Positions 38,394 through 49,700 of a stretch of 61,337 nucleotides of DNA are shown piece after piece (the first letter of the stretch is position 1; every line of letters begins with the position of its first letter). Source of the DNA: Cyanophora paradoxa CCMP329 (taxonomy: Eukaryota > Plantae > Glaucophyta); contig QPMI01000327.1 of NCBI GenBank assembly GCA_004431415.1, positions 1-61,337 of the forward strand. The letters run 5' to 3'. The position numbers and the translations under genes were made by a program. The notes beneath the pieces are model-generated. The model was not told the DNA's origin. It searched no databases and saw nothing but the letters and a program-made list of their open reading frames with translations.

Positions 38394-39990
38394 ATGGACT
38401 GTAGAGGGGGCGAGGCGTGCGCGCTGGCGGGCATCGATGCGCTGCCAGAGCCCGTCCTGCAGCTCGTGTTCGCGCAGCTTGATCCCTTCGAGGCGTACGA
38501 GCAGTGCAGGCTAGGCTCGGTCAGCGCCCGCTTCCGCTTCGCGCTGCTCTCGACGCCCTGGACGCACATCGAGGCGGGGCCGGCTCATGACGCAAAGGCC
38601 TTGCTGCGCATGAGGCAGCGCATCCGCGGCGGTCAAGTCTCCGTCGCAGCCGTCCGGAGGCTGCGGATCGTCATCCCGCCGGCGATGCGCACCGGTACCT
38701 CAGCCGCGGCCGAGGACCGGCCCCGCGTGAAGGCGCTCCTGGAGAGCTGTCGCGCTACGGTCGATCTTCTCTCGACGATCGCGGCGAGCGCGCCGCTCTC
38801 TGAAATCCAAGTGGACAGCAGCGGTGACCTGTGCACCTGGCCGCCGGTGGACGTGCAGCGGGCGGCGGGCGTGCCGAGGACGATGCGCGCCCCGTCGCTC
38901 GTGCTGACGCTCCTGCTGGCGCTGCTTCCATGCGGGAGCGTCGCGCGGCTGGCGCTGTGCGGGACGGGGCCGCTGGACGTCTCGCTGGCGGCCTTGGACT
39001 CCTCGCGCCTCGGCCTCCTGGAGGGCCTCCCCCGGCTCGCCGCCCTCGAGCTGCGCGGCTTCGCCCTCGCCCGCCTCTCCGCCGGGGGCGCGCGGGCCAT
39101 CGCCGGCGCCTGCCCCCGCCTCGCGAGCCTCGCCGCGCCCCTCGCGAGCCCCGGCGCCCTCGCCGCCCTCGCCCCGCTCCCCTCCGCTCCCTCGACGCCG
39201 CCCTCTCCGAGGGGATCTCCTCTGTGAGCCTCGCCGCCGCCCTCGCCGCCCTCGCAGCCGCCCACGCGCCCTCAGCCCCTCCCCTGCGCTCCCTGTCCCT
39301 CGCCGCCCCCGCCGGCGGGGCCCCGCCGCTGCCACCCGCCGCGCTGGAGGCCCTCGTCGCCTTCCCCGCCCTCGAGTCGCTCTGCGTGGGGGTGCGCGCT
39401 CCGCCGCCCCGCGCCCGCCCGCCCGACCGCCGCGCAGGCCGGCCCCGGCTGCGAGGCGCCCCTCGCGCGCCTCGCCGCCCTCCCCGCCCTCCGCTCCCTC
39501 CGCCTCGAGCTCCACCCGGGACCCGCCCCGGCCCCGCCGCCTCCCTCCTCGTCGCCGCCGCCGCCCTCCCCGCGCGCCTCGCCCCCGCCTGCGCCCTCGA
39601 GCTCGCCCTCGCAGGCGGCGACGCGCCGCCCGCCGCCGTCTGCGCGCTGCTGCGCGCGGCGGGGCCCCGGCTGCGGCGCTGGCGGTGCGCCTCGGGGCGG
39701 GCCCTCGCGGCGGGCGAGGCGGAGGCCCTCACGGGGCGGCCGGCCTGCTCGAGGCGGACCTCGCGCACGCCGCCCCGCCCGACGCCGCCGCCGACGCCTA
39801 CGCGCCCCTCGCGGCCCTCGCCGCGCGCGCCCCGCCGCCCCGCCTCCGCATCGCCCTCCACGGCCCCGACGAGGCCTGCGGGGCGGCCGCAGCAACCCTC
39901 GCACCCCTCCTCGCCCTCTTCCCCACCGGCGCCGCCGCCGTCGAGCGCTGCTGCGCCCCGCCCCCAGCTCTTGCAGACCCCCCCCTATGA
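38394..39990 (+). CDS. F-box/LRR-like protein (at least one apparent indel near 39180)
   Basis: IDALPEPVLQLVFAQL..LGSVSARFR (F-box); LxxLxL repeats such as LPRLAALEL, CPRLASL, FPALESL. Confidence 0.7.
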
Positions 39991-40167
39991 CCGCCCCGGC
40001 CCCTGTTTCGAGCGCGCGGCCTGTCTCTGCCCTCGAATTCGAGCAGCACAAATTACACGCCTGCATCGTGGGCGAGACTTTACAAGGGCGCGGGGGGGAC
40101 CCGGCCCGCCATCGCGGTTGCTGCCGGCGCGGGGGCGCCCGGCGGGGGCGGCGGAGAGGGCGGCCCC

Positions 40168-43100
40168 TCAGGAGGCGAGGGAGAAGCCGCCGCCGGTGTA
40201 GCGGGGCCCCGAGCCGATGGGCCCCGAGGCGCCCTTGGAGCCGGGGATGTCGCCGGAGAGGGGCCGCCCCTGCTCCCGCGCCAGCTGCTCCCGCCGCTTC
40301 TGCTCGAAGTACCGCCGCTTCACGTCTTGCAGCTCCCGCGTCAACCGCTCGATCTCGTACTTGTACTCGTTCACCTGCGCGCCCGCCGCGTCGGCGCCCC
40401 GCAGGAGGGGCGGGGCGCGGGGGGGCCGGACCTGGGCCTGGTACATGTTGAGCTCGGAGGCCATGGCCTTCATCTGGCGCGTCTTCTCGCGCAGGTTCTG
40501 CTGGTAGACGGAGAGCTGCTCGGCGACCTCGGGCCCCGGCTGCCGCGCGAGGATGTTCTTCAGCTCCACGTACAGCTTCTCCTTCTCCTGGATGAGCAGG
40601 TCCTTCTCCACGACCTCCTCCGTCTTCGCGATGAGCCGCTTCTGCAGCGTCTGGATCTTCTGGATCATCTCGAAGGTCTGCGGGTCGCTCCCCTCGAGCT
40701 TGCGCCAGCGGTGCACGTTCATCGGGTTCTCCAGCTCCTCCGAGAGGGCCTTCACCTTGGTCCGCTCCTGCAGCAGCTCCCGCTGCAGGTGGTACACCTG
40801 CCCCGCCCCCGCGCGTCAGGCCACGCCGGGGGAGCGCCGCGCGGGCCCCCCGGGGGCGGCGCCGCACCTCGTTGCGGAGGACGTTGATGTTGGAGACGCT
40901 GGAGCGCAGGATGTGCACCTCCCGCTTCAGGTCGTTGATCTGCGGGCGGCGAGTCAGCGGCCGGCGGGGCGCGGGCCGGTCGGGGGCGGGGGCGGGCCTT
41001 GAGCTTGAGGATGCGAATGTCCTCGAGGCGGTCGCGGTACTGGATCTCGCCCTTGGCGAGCGTGCTCTGCTGGATCTTGATCTTCTCGTAAAGCAGCGCC
41101 AGCTCGTCGTTGCGGCGGATCAGCTGCGTGCCGAGGATGTCCCGCTCGTTGATCACCACGTCGTACTCCTTCTTCTGCCGGTGCCGCTCCGCGTCCGCCT
41201 CGTTGATGATGTGGTTCAGCTGCACGGCCCGTCAGCGGCAGCGCCGCGCGGGGCGGCGGGGGCGCCGGCGCGGGCGGGGGCGGGCCTTGGAGATCTCGAG
41301 CTTCTGGGAGTTGATGAGGGTGTCGGCGTCGGCGATCTGCTGCTTGAGGCGGACGAGGTCGTTCTTCAGCGCCTCCCGCTCCTTTTCCACCTTCATGTGC
41401 TCGAAGTGCTCCTTCACCAGCGCTGCCGCCGCCCGTCAGCGCGCCCGGGGGCGCTGGGGCGGCGGCGGGGCGGGGTCAGGGGCCGGACCGTGGTCCTTGG
41501 CGGTGATCTCCTCCTTGAGCTGCTCGATCTGGTGGTTCATGATCTTGAACTTGCGCTTCATCTCCGCAATCTGCCGCGGGATGTCAGCGGGGCGCGCCGG
41601 GGCGCGGGCTTGGCGGCGGGGGCGGGGAGCGGGGGCGGGCCTCGTCCTGGGCCTCGATGAGGTTCTTGGAGTAGAGGTTGCGGTCCGAGCGGACGGCCTC
41701 GTAGAGGTTCTGCTGCTGCTTCAGCTTCTGGTCCGCCTCCGCGATCTTCTTGTTCAGGTCCAGGATCGTCATCTCCCGCAGCTTGATCTCCTCCAGCGCC
41801 TGCTGGTACTTGGCCGTCGCCTCGCTCGCCTCCGCCCCGTACTTCTCCCGCTCCTTCTCCAGCGAGTAGATCATCTTGCGCATCGACTGCGCCTCCGTCT
41901 TGAAGCCCTGGATCTCCTGCTCCAGGTACTTCTTCTGGTTCTCGTTGATCTTGACCAGGTCCTGCTGCTTCGTCGTCGCCGCCGCCGTCTTCAGCAGGTT
42001 CTTGTTCAGGATGTCGCGCTCGCGGATCAGGTCGTCGATCGTCTTCTTGTCCTGCTCGCTCTGCTTCATCAGCGTCTCGATCTCCTTCTGCAGCCCGTTG
42101 ATCTCCTCCTGCGCCCCGGCCCCGCCCGCGTCAGCCCCCGTCCCCCTTGCGGCGTGCGGCGGGGCGGCTCGCCTTGAGCATGTCGCGGTGCTTCTCGGTC
42201 TCTGCTTTTAGCCTCTCGACGGACTCGATCCTCTTCTGCAGCTGTTCTCGCATTTTGTTGACCTTCATCGTCTCGAGGCGGATCTGCCCGATCTCCTCCT
42301 CCTTGACGCGGAGCTCGGACTCGCGCTGGGCCTTCTCGGCGATGAGCTGGTTGTTCTGGTCGTACGCGGCGTCGCGCTCCTTCTCGAGGTTCTGCACCCG
42401 CTGCACCAGCTCCTCGTAGTTCTTCTCCGCCTTGTCCGTCGACGCCTTTTGCTCCTTCAGCTGCTGCTCCAGCTTCGCGATCTGCTCCACGTTGCTCCCG
42501 ATCGTGATCTGCTTCTGCTTGAGCTCGCCCTGCCGCTGCTCCAGCACAGCCTTCAGCTCCTTGAGCTCCTTCTCCAGGCGCTCCTTTCGCCGCGTCTCCC
42601 GCTCGCCCTCCGCCTTCTTCGTCGCGATCTGCTCCCGCAGCATGTTCACCTCCTTCTCCTGCTCGTTCTTCTCCCCCTCTAGCCCCCGCACGCGCTCGTG
42701 CAGCTCCGCGATCTCGTTGCGCAGCCCAACGATCTGCGCCGTCTGCGCATCTCGCTCTGCGCAGAAGACCCCTCAGCCGTCGGTGCCCACACGGGATGCG
42801 AGGAGCCCGAGGGGGAGGACGCGCACCGCGCGTGAGGTCCTCCTTAACCTTCAGCAGCTCGTTGACGGTGTTCTCCTGCCCCAAGCTGAGGCCGGCCCCT
42901 TGTTCGACGAGCCTGCTAAGGTTCTGGATCTCCAGCTTCAGCTGCTGGATGGTCTCCTTCGCGCGGGCCTCCTTCTCGTGCGAGGCATCGACAACCTTCC
43001 ATGCTTTCTCAATTTCCTGCCGGCGAGAAGTCAGTGACGATTCTCGGGGCGCGTGGGGCACGCCCACAGCAAGCGAAGCCGCACCTTCTTCAGCGAGGCT

Positions 43101-43581
43101 ATGGTGTTTTGGTCCTCCTGCGAGAGCTTGAGGGCCGTCTGAACCTTAGCTGCATTCGCCACGATCTCAGCGTTCAGCTCCCGGCACTTCTTGATCAGCC
43201 GCTTCTCGCTCTCGTGCGACTTCTTCAGAGCGCGGTGCAGCTTCTCGTACTCGATACGGAACCGCTCGAGACTCTTGTCTCCCACTAGCTCCGAGAGCAC
43301 CTGTCGTGGCGAGGCACGGCGTCAGCGGCAAGTGAAGGCGTCCGCCGCCCGGGCGCACGTCCTGAAAGTCGCGCTCCAGCGCCTCAAAGGCATTGGACTC
43401 GATTCCCAGCTCGTCAAAATGGTCTTTCTTGGGCCCATCCCCCGGTGCTGGGGACGGATTGCCCGGGTTGCCGGCAGACGCCTGTGCGCGGCGGCAAGCG
43501 TTAGCGGGGCGGCCGAAATTCGTACACGCCAGCTACAGCTAACGTTCTGATGCTGCCTCTGCACGGGAGGTGCCGCACCAT
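40168..43581 (-). CDS. CFAP58: Cilia- and flagella-associated protein 58
   Basis: AFEALERDFQ|..DKSLERFRIEYEKLHRALKKSHESEKRLIKKCRELNAEI; QQQNLYEAVRSDRNLYSKNLIEAQDE; INERDILGTQLIRRNDELALLYEKIKIQ; ELENPMNVHRWRKLEGSDP; RYTGGGFSL. Confidence 0.95.
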
Positions 43582-43643
43582 GCTCGCGCCGGCTGTGGGC
43601 TGCTCCTGCTAATTCCGTCGGTGTTGACAACTGTGCCGAACCT

Positions 43644-43650
43644 GTACCCC
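43644..43650 (-). promoter_or_regulatory. GGGGTAC in the 126-bp divergent CFAP58/TyrRS spacer
   Basis: cctgtacccc. Confidence 0.55.
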
Positions 43651-43707
43651 AGTCAGCCGACTCCAGTCACTTGAAACGCCTCCGGGAGGCCGCTCTAGAC
43701 ACATAGA

Positions 43708-45338
43708 ATGTCGGGAGAAGAACAGAAGGTCGAGGCGGTAGCCCAGGCCATGGAGGCCGTCGCGGTCACTCCAGGCCCTTCGGCGCCACCGTGCGCCGCG
43801 CCATCGTTTCGTAGCTACCTGCCTGAGTAGCTCGGCAGGCCGGAGTGGAACCCCGATTACGAAGAGCGCTTCCAGCGCATCGTCAGCGTCGGCGAGGAGT
43901 GCATCCAGGAGGACGAGCTGCGCCGGCTGCTCGTGCGGAAGGCGCAGCCGATAGCTTACGATGGCTTCGAGCCATCCGGTCGCATGCACATCGCTCAGGT
44001 TCGTTGCGAGCGCGCGGCACGTTCCGCGCGTCGCGCGCGGCATCGTGATTAACGGCCGCCGCGCCTAGGGTGTGTTCAAGTCCATCAACGTGAACAAGCT
44101 GACCAAGTCTGGCTGCAAGTTCATCTTCTGGATTGCGGACTGGTTTGCGATGCTCAACCACAAGATGGGCGGTGATCTCGAGAAGATCAAGAAAGTTGGG
44201 CAGTACATGATCGAGGTGCCGCGCCACTCCCTGCGGACGCCGCGCGCGGAGCGTGGCGGGCGCGTCGAGGGCCGGGCGTCGCTCCGCGCGCGGCGGCGCG
44301 CGTCGAGGGCGGGGCGCCGACGGGGAGGGGGCGGCAGGTGTGGAAGGCGGCGGGGATGGACATGACGAACGTCGAGTTCCTGTGGGCGTCGGAGGAGATC
44401 AACAAGCGGCCCAACGAGTACTGGCTCCGCGTCATGGACATCGCCCGCAAGAACAACCTCAACCGCATCGTCAGGCGCGCCCGCCACGCGACCGCCCCGC
44501 CGCGCCGGCGGCTTACGCGAGGGCGGGGCAGGTGCTCGCAGATCATGGGGCGGGAGGAGACGGACGATCTGGCGGCGGCGCAGATCTTCTACCCCTGCAT
44601 GCAGTGCGCGGACATCTTCTTCCTGAAGGCCGACATCTGCCAGCTCGGCATGGACCAGCGCAAGGCCCGCCGCCCCTGGCCCGCCCCCTTGGCTCGGGGG
44701 GCGCGGCCGGCGAGCGGGGCGCAGGTGAACGTGCTGGCGCGCGAGTACTGCGACGACATCAAGATGAAGAACAAGCCCATCATCCTCTCCCACCGTGCCG
44801 CCCCCGCCCCCGCCCCGCCCCGCCCCGCCCCACCCCGCGCTGACGGCGGGCCGGTCGCAGACATGATGCCCGGGCTCCTGCAGGGGCAGGCGAAGATGAG
44901 CAAGTCGGACCCCAACTCGGCGATCTTCATGGAGGACTCGGAGGTGCGCGGCCCAGCGCCGCGCCGCACCGGCCGGCGTGCCCGAGCCGACCGGGGCCGG
45001 CGCAGGGAGACGTGAACACGAAGATCAAGAAGGCGTACTGCCCGCCGGAGATCGTGAAGGACAACCCGTGCCTGGAGTACATCCGCTACATCGTGCTGCC
45101 CAAGCTCGGCCGCTTCTTCGTCTCGCGCAAGCCCGAGAACGGGGGCGACAAGGAGTACACGGCGTGGGAGGAGCTGGAGGGGGACTACGTGAAGGGGGCG
45201 CTGCACCCCGGGGACGTCAAGCCGGCGCTGGCGAAGCACCTGAACGAGATCCTGGAGCCCGTGCGCGAGCACTTCAAGAACGACCCCGCCGCCAAGCAGC
45301 TCCTCGCCCAGGTCCGCTCCTTCAAGGTCACCAAGTAG
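43708..45338 (+). CDS. YARS: Cytosolic tyrosyl-tRNA synthetase (plant/protist type)
   Basis: YDGFEPSGRMHIAQ|G; IADWFAMLNHKMGGDL; YPCMQCADIFFLKADICQLGMDQRK; KMSKSDPNSAIFMED; KIKKAYCPP. Confidence 0.97.
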
Positions 45339-45474
45339 CCCCGGCGCGGCTTCCTCTGCCCCGCCCCGCCCCGCCCGCTCTGCCCTCTCGAGCCGGCCCA
45401 TTGCACTCGCTTCGGAACAGCGCGGGGCGGCACAGCGCGGGAAAGGGGAGGGGGAGAAGGGGGCGCTTTGAGGC

Positions 45475-46513
45475 TCAGGAGAGGTGGGAGGACTTGCCGT
45501 AGACGGGGAGCTGCTTGAAGCGGGCGGGGACGAGCGTGTCCTTCTTCCGCTTGAGGTACTGCGCGCGCCGCTCGGCCCCTGCCGGGGCGCGCGGGGGCGG
45601 GCGGGGGCACCTGGAAGGCGGCCATGATCCAGTTCGAGCTCCGCTTCCGCGCGAACTCCGCCCCGGGCAGCGCGTCCCCAGAGAGGCCCCCGCCTGCGCC
45701 GCCCGTCGGCCCCGCCCGCGCCTCCCCGGCCCTCGCCTCGGGCCCCGGCGCACCGGTGGAGCCGGAGGGGGCGCCGCCGGGCATGGGGAGGACGTTCTCG
45801 TTGACGGAGAGGGAGATGAAGTAGCCGAAGGGGACGAGCCAGACGCAGAGGAGGAAGAAGCCGAGGACGTGCGTCGGCTTGTAGAACACGCGCTGGAAGT
45901 AGCGGAACCAGACCCAGTGGTCCAGCACCATCGCCGCTGCGCGCGCGACTTTCAACGCCGGCCCGCCATGCGCGCCGCCGCGCTGCGCACCGCAGCCGCC
46001 GAGGAAGACCGGCGAGGTCAGCTGGATGAATGGGAACTCCTTCAGGAGCAGGTAGTACAGGGCGTGGGCGCCCAGGCCGACCGCCGTCCCCAGGAACGGG
46101 AAGCCATCGAAGATCAGCAGGAGGACGTGCACAACTGCGACACCCTGCGCCCACGCCAGCAGCGCGAACGCGTCAGCGCTTCGTCTGGGGTCGGATACCG
46201 CGGGCGCACGAAGATAGAGTACTTGATGATGCGTTTCGTGAGCGACGTATACTCCTCGACGAGCTCAGCGAGGTAATACAGGCCGCAGGCTGCGCCGCCA
46301 AGTTGCCGCCGTCAGCGCAGGCCGGCGAGGCGAAGCGGGCGGCTGCGACGCACCCAGACAAACTGCGACGAACACAAGGAAGATGTACCTGCGGCGCGTG
46401 GCGTGGCGGTGCCAGCGAACGTCAGCGCGTCCGCCGGCGCGAAGTGCCCTCGCAATCAATAAACGAACAACTCACCCGGACAGGTACACGAAGAGCGGAA
46501 AGAGCTTCAGCAT
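45475..46513 (-). CDS. TEX261: TEX261/SVP26 (Erv26) ER-Golgi cargo adaptor
   Basis: ACGLYYLAELVEEYTSLTKRII; LLKEFPFIQLTSPVF; DHWVWFRYF; LCVWLVPFGYFISLSVNENVLP. Confidence 0.9.
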
Positions 46514-46541
46514 CTTCGTGCTCGAAGTTGTGCCCTTTTCC

Positions 46542-46548
46542 GGGGTAC
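46542..46548 (+). promoter_or_regulatory. GGGGTAC in the 211-bp divergent TEX261/CFAP43 spacer
   Basis: cggggtacac. Confidence 0.55.
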
Positions 46549-46724
46549 ACTTCTCGAAGTTCCATCTTAGTCCAGGAGCACGGCGCACGCGGTAGCGGCG
46601 GCAGCAGTCCCAATCGTACAGCAAGAACCGTCTGAGTTGATTTTCGCCGTAGCAAGGCCGCGCTGTTCGGCCAGGCAACTCGGCCCCGAGCGCGTAGCTC
46701 TAGCCGAGCGGCCGCATATATAGC

Positions 46725-49700
46725 ATGGCAACGCCCATAGAACCAAGGTGAGCAGTACGACCCGCGCCGCTGCCGCGCCCCACGGTCGACGCCTCGCCGC
46801 GCCCGCTGGCACGGTGCTCCGTTTAGCTAGGCTTACTCCCTCCGTTCTTCTTGCCCCGCGCAGTCGCCTGTGGGGCTTCAGCGGCTCCAACGCCCGATTC
46901 GTGGACAATGAGACCGTCGTCTTCCAGTGCGGGAACGTCCTGCGCTTCGCGAGGATCGGCGCCGGCCCAGCGCCCGAGTCGCAACCGGGCGGGCCGTACG
47001 CGAACATACATCTGAAGGGCCTCGGCATCACGGCCTTCGCGGTCTCGCCCCGGCGGGGCGTCATCGCGGTCGCAGAAAAGACGCTGAAGACGCCCACCAT
47101 CTCGGTCTACTCCCTCGGGCCGGAGCCGAAGCTTCTCGTTACCCTCAACGGTGCGGCCGCTGCGCCGGTGCCGTGCGGGCGGCGCGGGGCGGGGCGGCTG
47201 AGGGGCGGGGCAGAGGGGACGGAGCTGGAGTTCGCGGACGTCGCGTTCTCGCGGGACGGGTCCCGCCTCGCCTCCATCGGGCAGTTCCCCGACTACAGCA
47301 TCGTCGTCTGGGACTGGGAGAAGCGCGCGCAGGTCGTGCGCGGCGCGCTGCCGGCCGCCTGCAAGTTCCTCTCGTTCAGCGGGCGCGGCGACTCGGAGCT
47401 CTGCGCCTCGGGCCCCGGGCACATCTTCTTCTGGAAGATCTCCCGCCTCCTCGACGCCGCCCAGTTCATCTGCACGTGCGCCCGCCCCGCGCTTCCGCCC
47501 CCGGCGCGCGCCCCCGCCGAGGCGGCCTGGCGGCGGCGCAGGGAGGGGAAGGTGCAGTCGCTGCACCTCGCGGACGCGCTCTACTGCCACGCGTGGAGCC
47601 CGCGGGGCCTCGTCTACTGCGGCTGCCAGGACGGCGCCCTCCTCAAGTTCGACCCCGCCACGGGCGCCTGCCTGAACGAGGCGGACCCGAGCGCGCTGCT
47701 GGAGGCGCCGATCGCGTCGGTGCTCGTGGCGGTGGGCCACCTGGTGCTCGCCTGCGAGGACGGCACCGTCCGCTGGCTCACGGCCGACGAGGAGCGGGCG
47801 TGCATGGCGCTCGCCCTCCCCGCCCCGCCCGGCATGGGCCCGCCGCCCGTCGCGGAGGCCCACTTCTCGCCCGACTTCCGCCGCGTGCTCGCCTCGACGG
47901 CCACCGCCGGCCTCTTCGCCCTCGACCTCCTGCGCGCCCCGCCCACCGCCCCGCTCCCGGCCTCCAGCCCCGCCGCCACCGCCGAGTACGTCGCCGTCCA
48001 CGCCGTGCGTCCCCCCCGCCCCCATCCCCTCCCCGCCTCGCGCCCGCCGGCGCCGAGGCGGTGCGGCCGGGCAGATCGCGGAGTACCACGCGGGCCCCGT
48101 GGTGGCGGTGGCGCCCCTCGCCGGCGGCCGCTACTGCCTCTCCGCCGGCGCCGACGGGACGGTGCGCTACTGGGGCCCGTCGACGGCCCGCGGCGGGGGC
48201 GGGGCGGGCGGGGAGCTGCGCGGGGAGCCGCTGTGGAAGCGGGCGGCGATCTCGTCGGCGATCACGGCGATGGCGGTCTCGCCGGGCGGCCGCTACGCCG
48301 CCCTCGGCAGCAGCGCCGGCGTCGTCCGCCTCCTCGAGCTCGGGGGCGGGGGCGGCGGGGGCCCCCCCACGGAGGGCCGCCAGGTGATGCGCGTCAAGGC
48401 CCACGCGGCGGGGGTGACGCACCTCGCCTTCAGCGCGGACGGCGCGGTGCTCGCCTCGGCGGCCCCCGACGGGCGCGCCGTCTTCTACGACGTCGCCCCC
48501 GCCGGCGAGGCCGCCGGCGAGGAGGGCGCCCCCGAGGGGGCCGAGGGCGGCGGCCGCGTGGTCTGCTACGGGGCGCTGCCCGGGGAGCCGAGCGCGCTGG
48601 CGTGGAGCCCCTCGGCGGTCGAGGGGCGGCAGCTCTACGTCGCCACCGCCGACGGGCGCCTCTCCCGCCTCACCCTCCCCGGCCCCGGCTTCGAGCCCGA
48701 GGAGGACGGCCGCATGAGCAACGCGGCGGGGCGGCGCAGCACCTTCGCGCTGCCGTCGCCGGCGCTGGCGCTGGCGGCGGGGGAGGAGCGGAACGCGGTG
48801 TTCGCGCTGTGCGGGGACAAGCGGACGCGCAAGTTCGTCTTCCCGGAGCTCCCCGACATCGACCCCGAGGACCCGCCCGCCCCCGGCCCAGCCGACGGCG
48901 ACCCCGCCGCCGCCGCCGCCGGGGAGCAGGCGGCGGCCGCGGCGGGGAAGGCGCGCAAGCTGGAGCAGCTGGAGACGGTGGCGGAGGCGGGGGGCCACGA
49001 GAAGCGCGGCGGGGCGCTCGCCGTCTCGGCGGACGGGCGGACGCTCCTCTCGGCCGGCGCCGACGGCCTCGTGCTCGTGCGGGACCTCGCCAGCGCGGCG
49101 AGCTTCGGGCCCAAGGCGCAGGCCCGGGCGGTGCGGGCGCACAGCGTTGCGCTGGGCGGGGCGGTGGCGGTGGCGCTCTCGCCGGACGGGCGCTACGCGT
49201 TCACGGCGGGGGCGGACGGGAGCGTGCTGGCCTTCGACCTGCGGCCGCGGGAGCCGCCGGCCTTCGCCGGCGCCGCGCCGGCCCCGGAGAGCGCGCCGTC
49301 GCCGCTGGAGGAGGGCCCGCCGGTGGACGGGGAGGGCCCCGACGAGGCGGGCGAGCTGAGCTTCGTGGAGGAGATCCGCACGCGCCAGGAGGAGCTCGTC
49401 GAGGCGCAGCACGCCGCCGCCCGCAAGCGGCGGGCCGAGGCGGTGCGGGCGCTGCGGGGGCGCCTGCAGGAGGTCGTGCGCCGCAACGAGACGCTGCCCG
49501 ACCTCGAGCGCATGGACCGCCGCGAGTTCGTCGTCGACACCGCCGCCCGCGACGCCCTCGCCGCCCGTCCGCCCCGCCCCGCCCTGCCCCGCCCCGCCCC
49601 GTTCCGCCGGGGCTCGCCTGACGGGGTCGGGGCAGAGACGGTGGAGGAGGTGGGGCGGGTGCGGGAGGAGACGGGGCTGGAGAACGTGGCGCGGGAGCTG

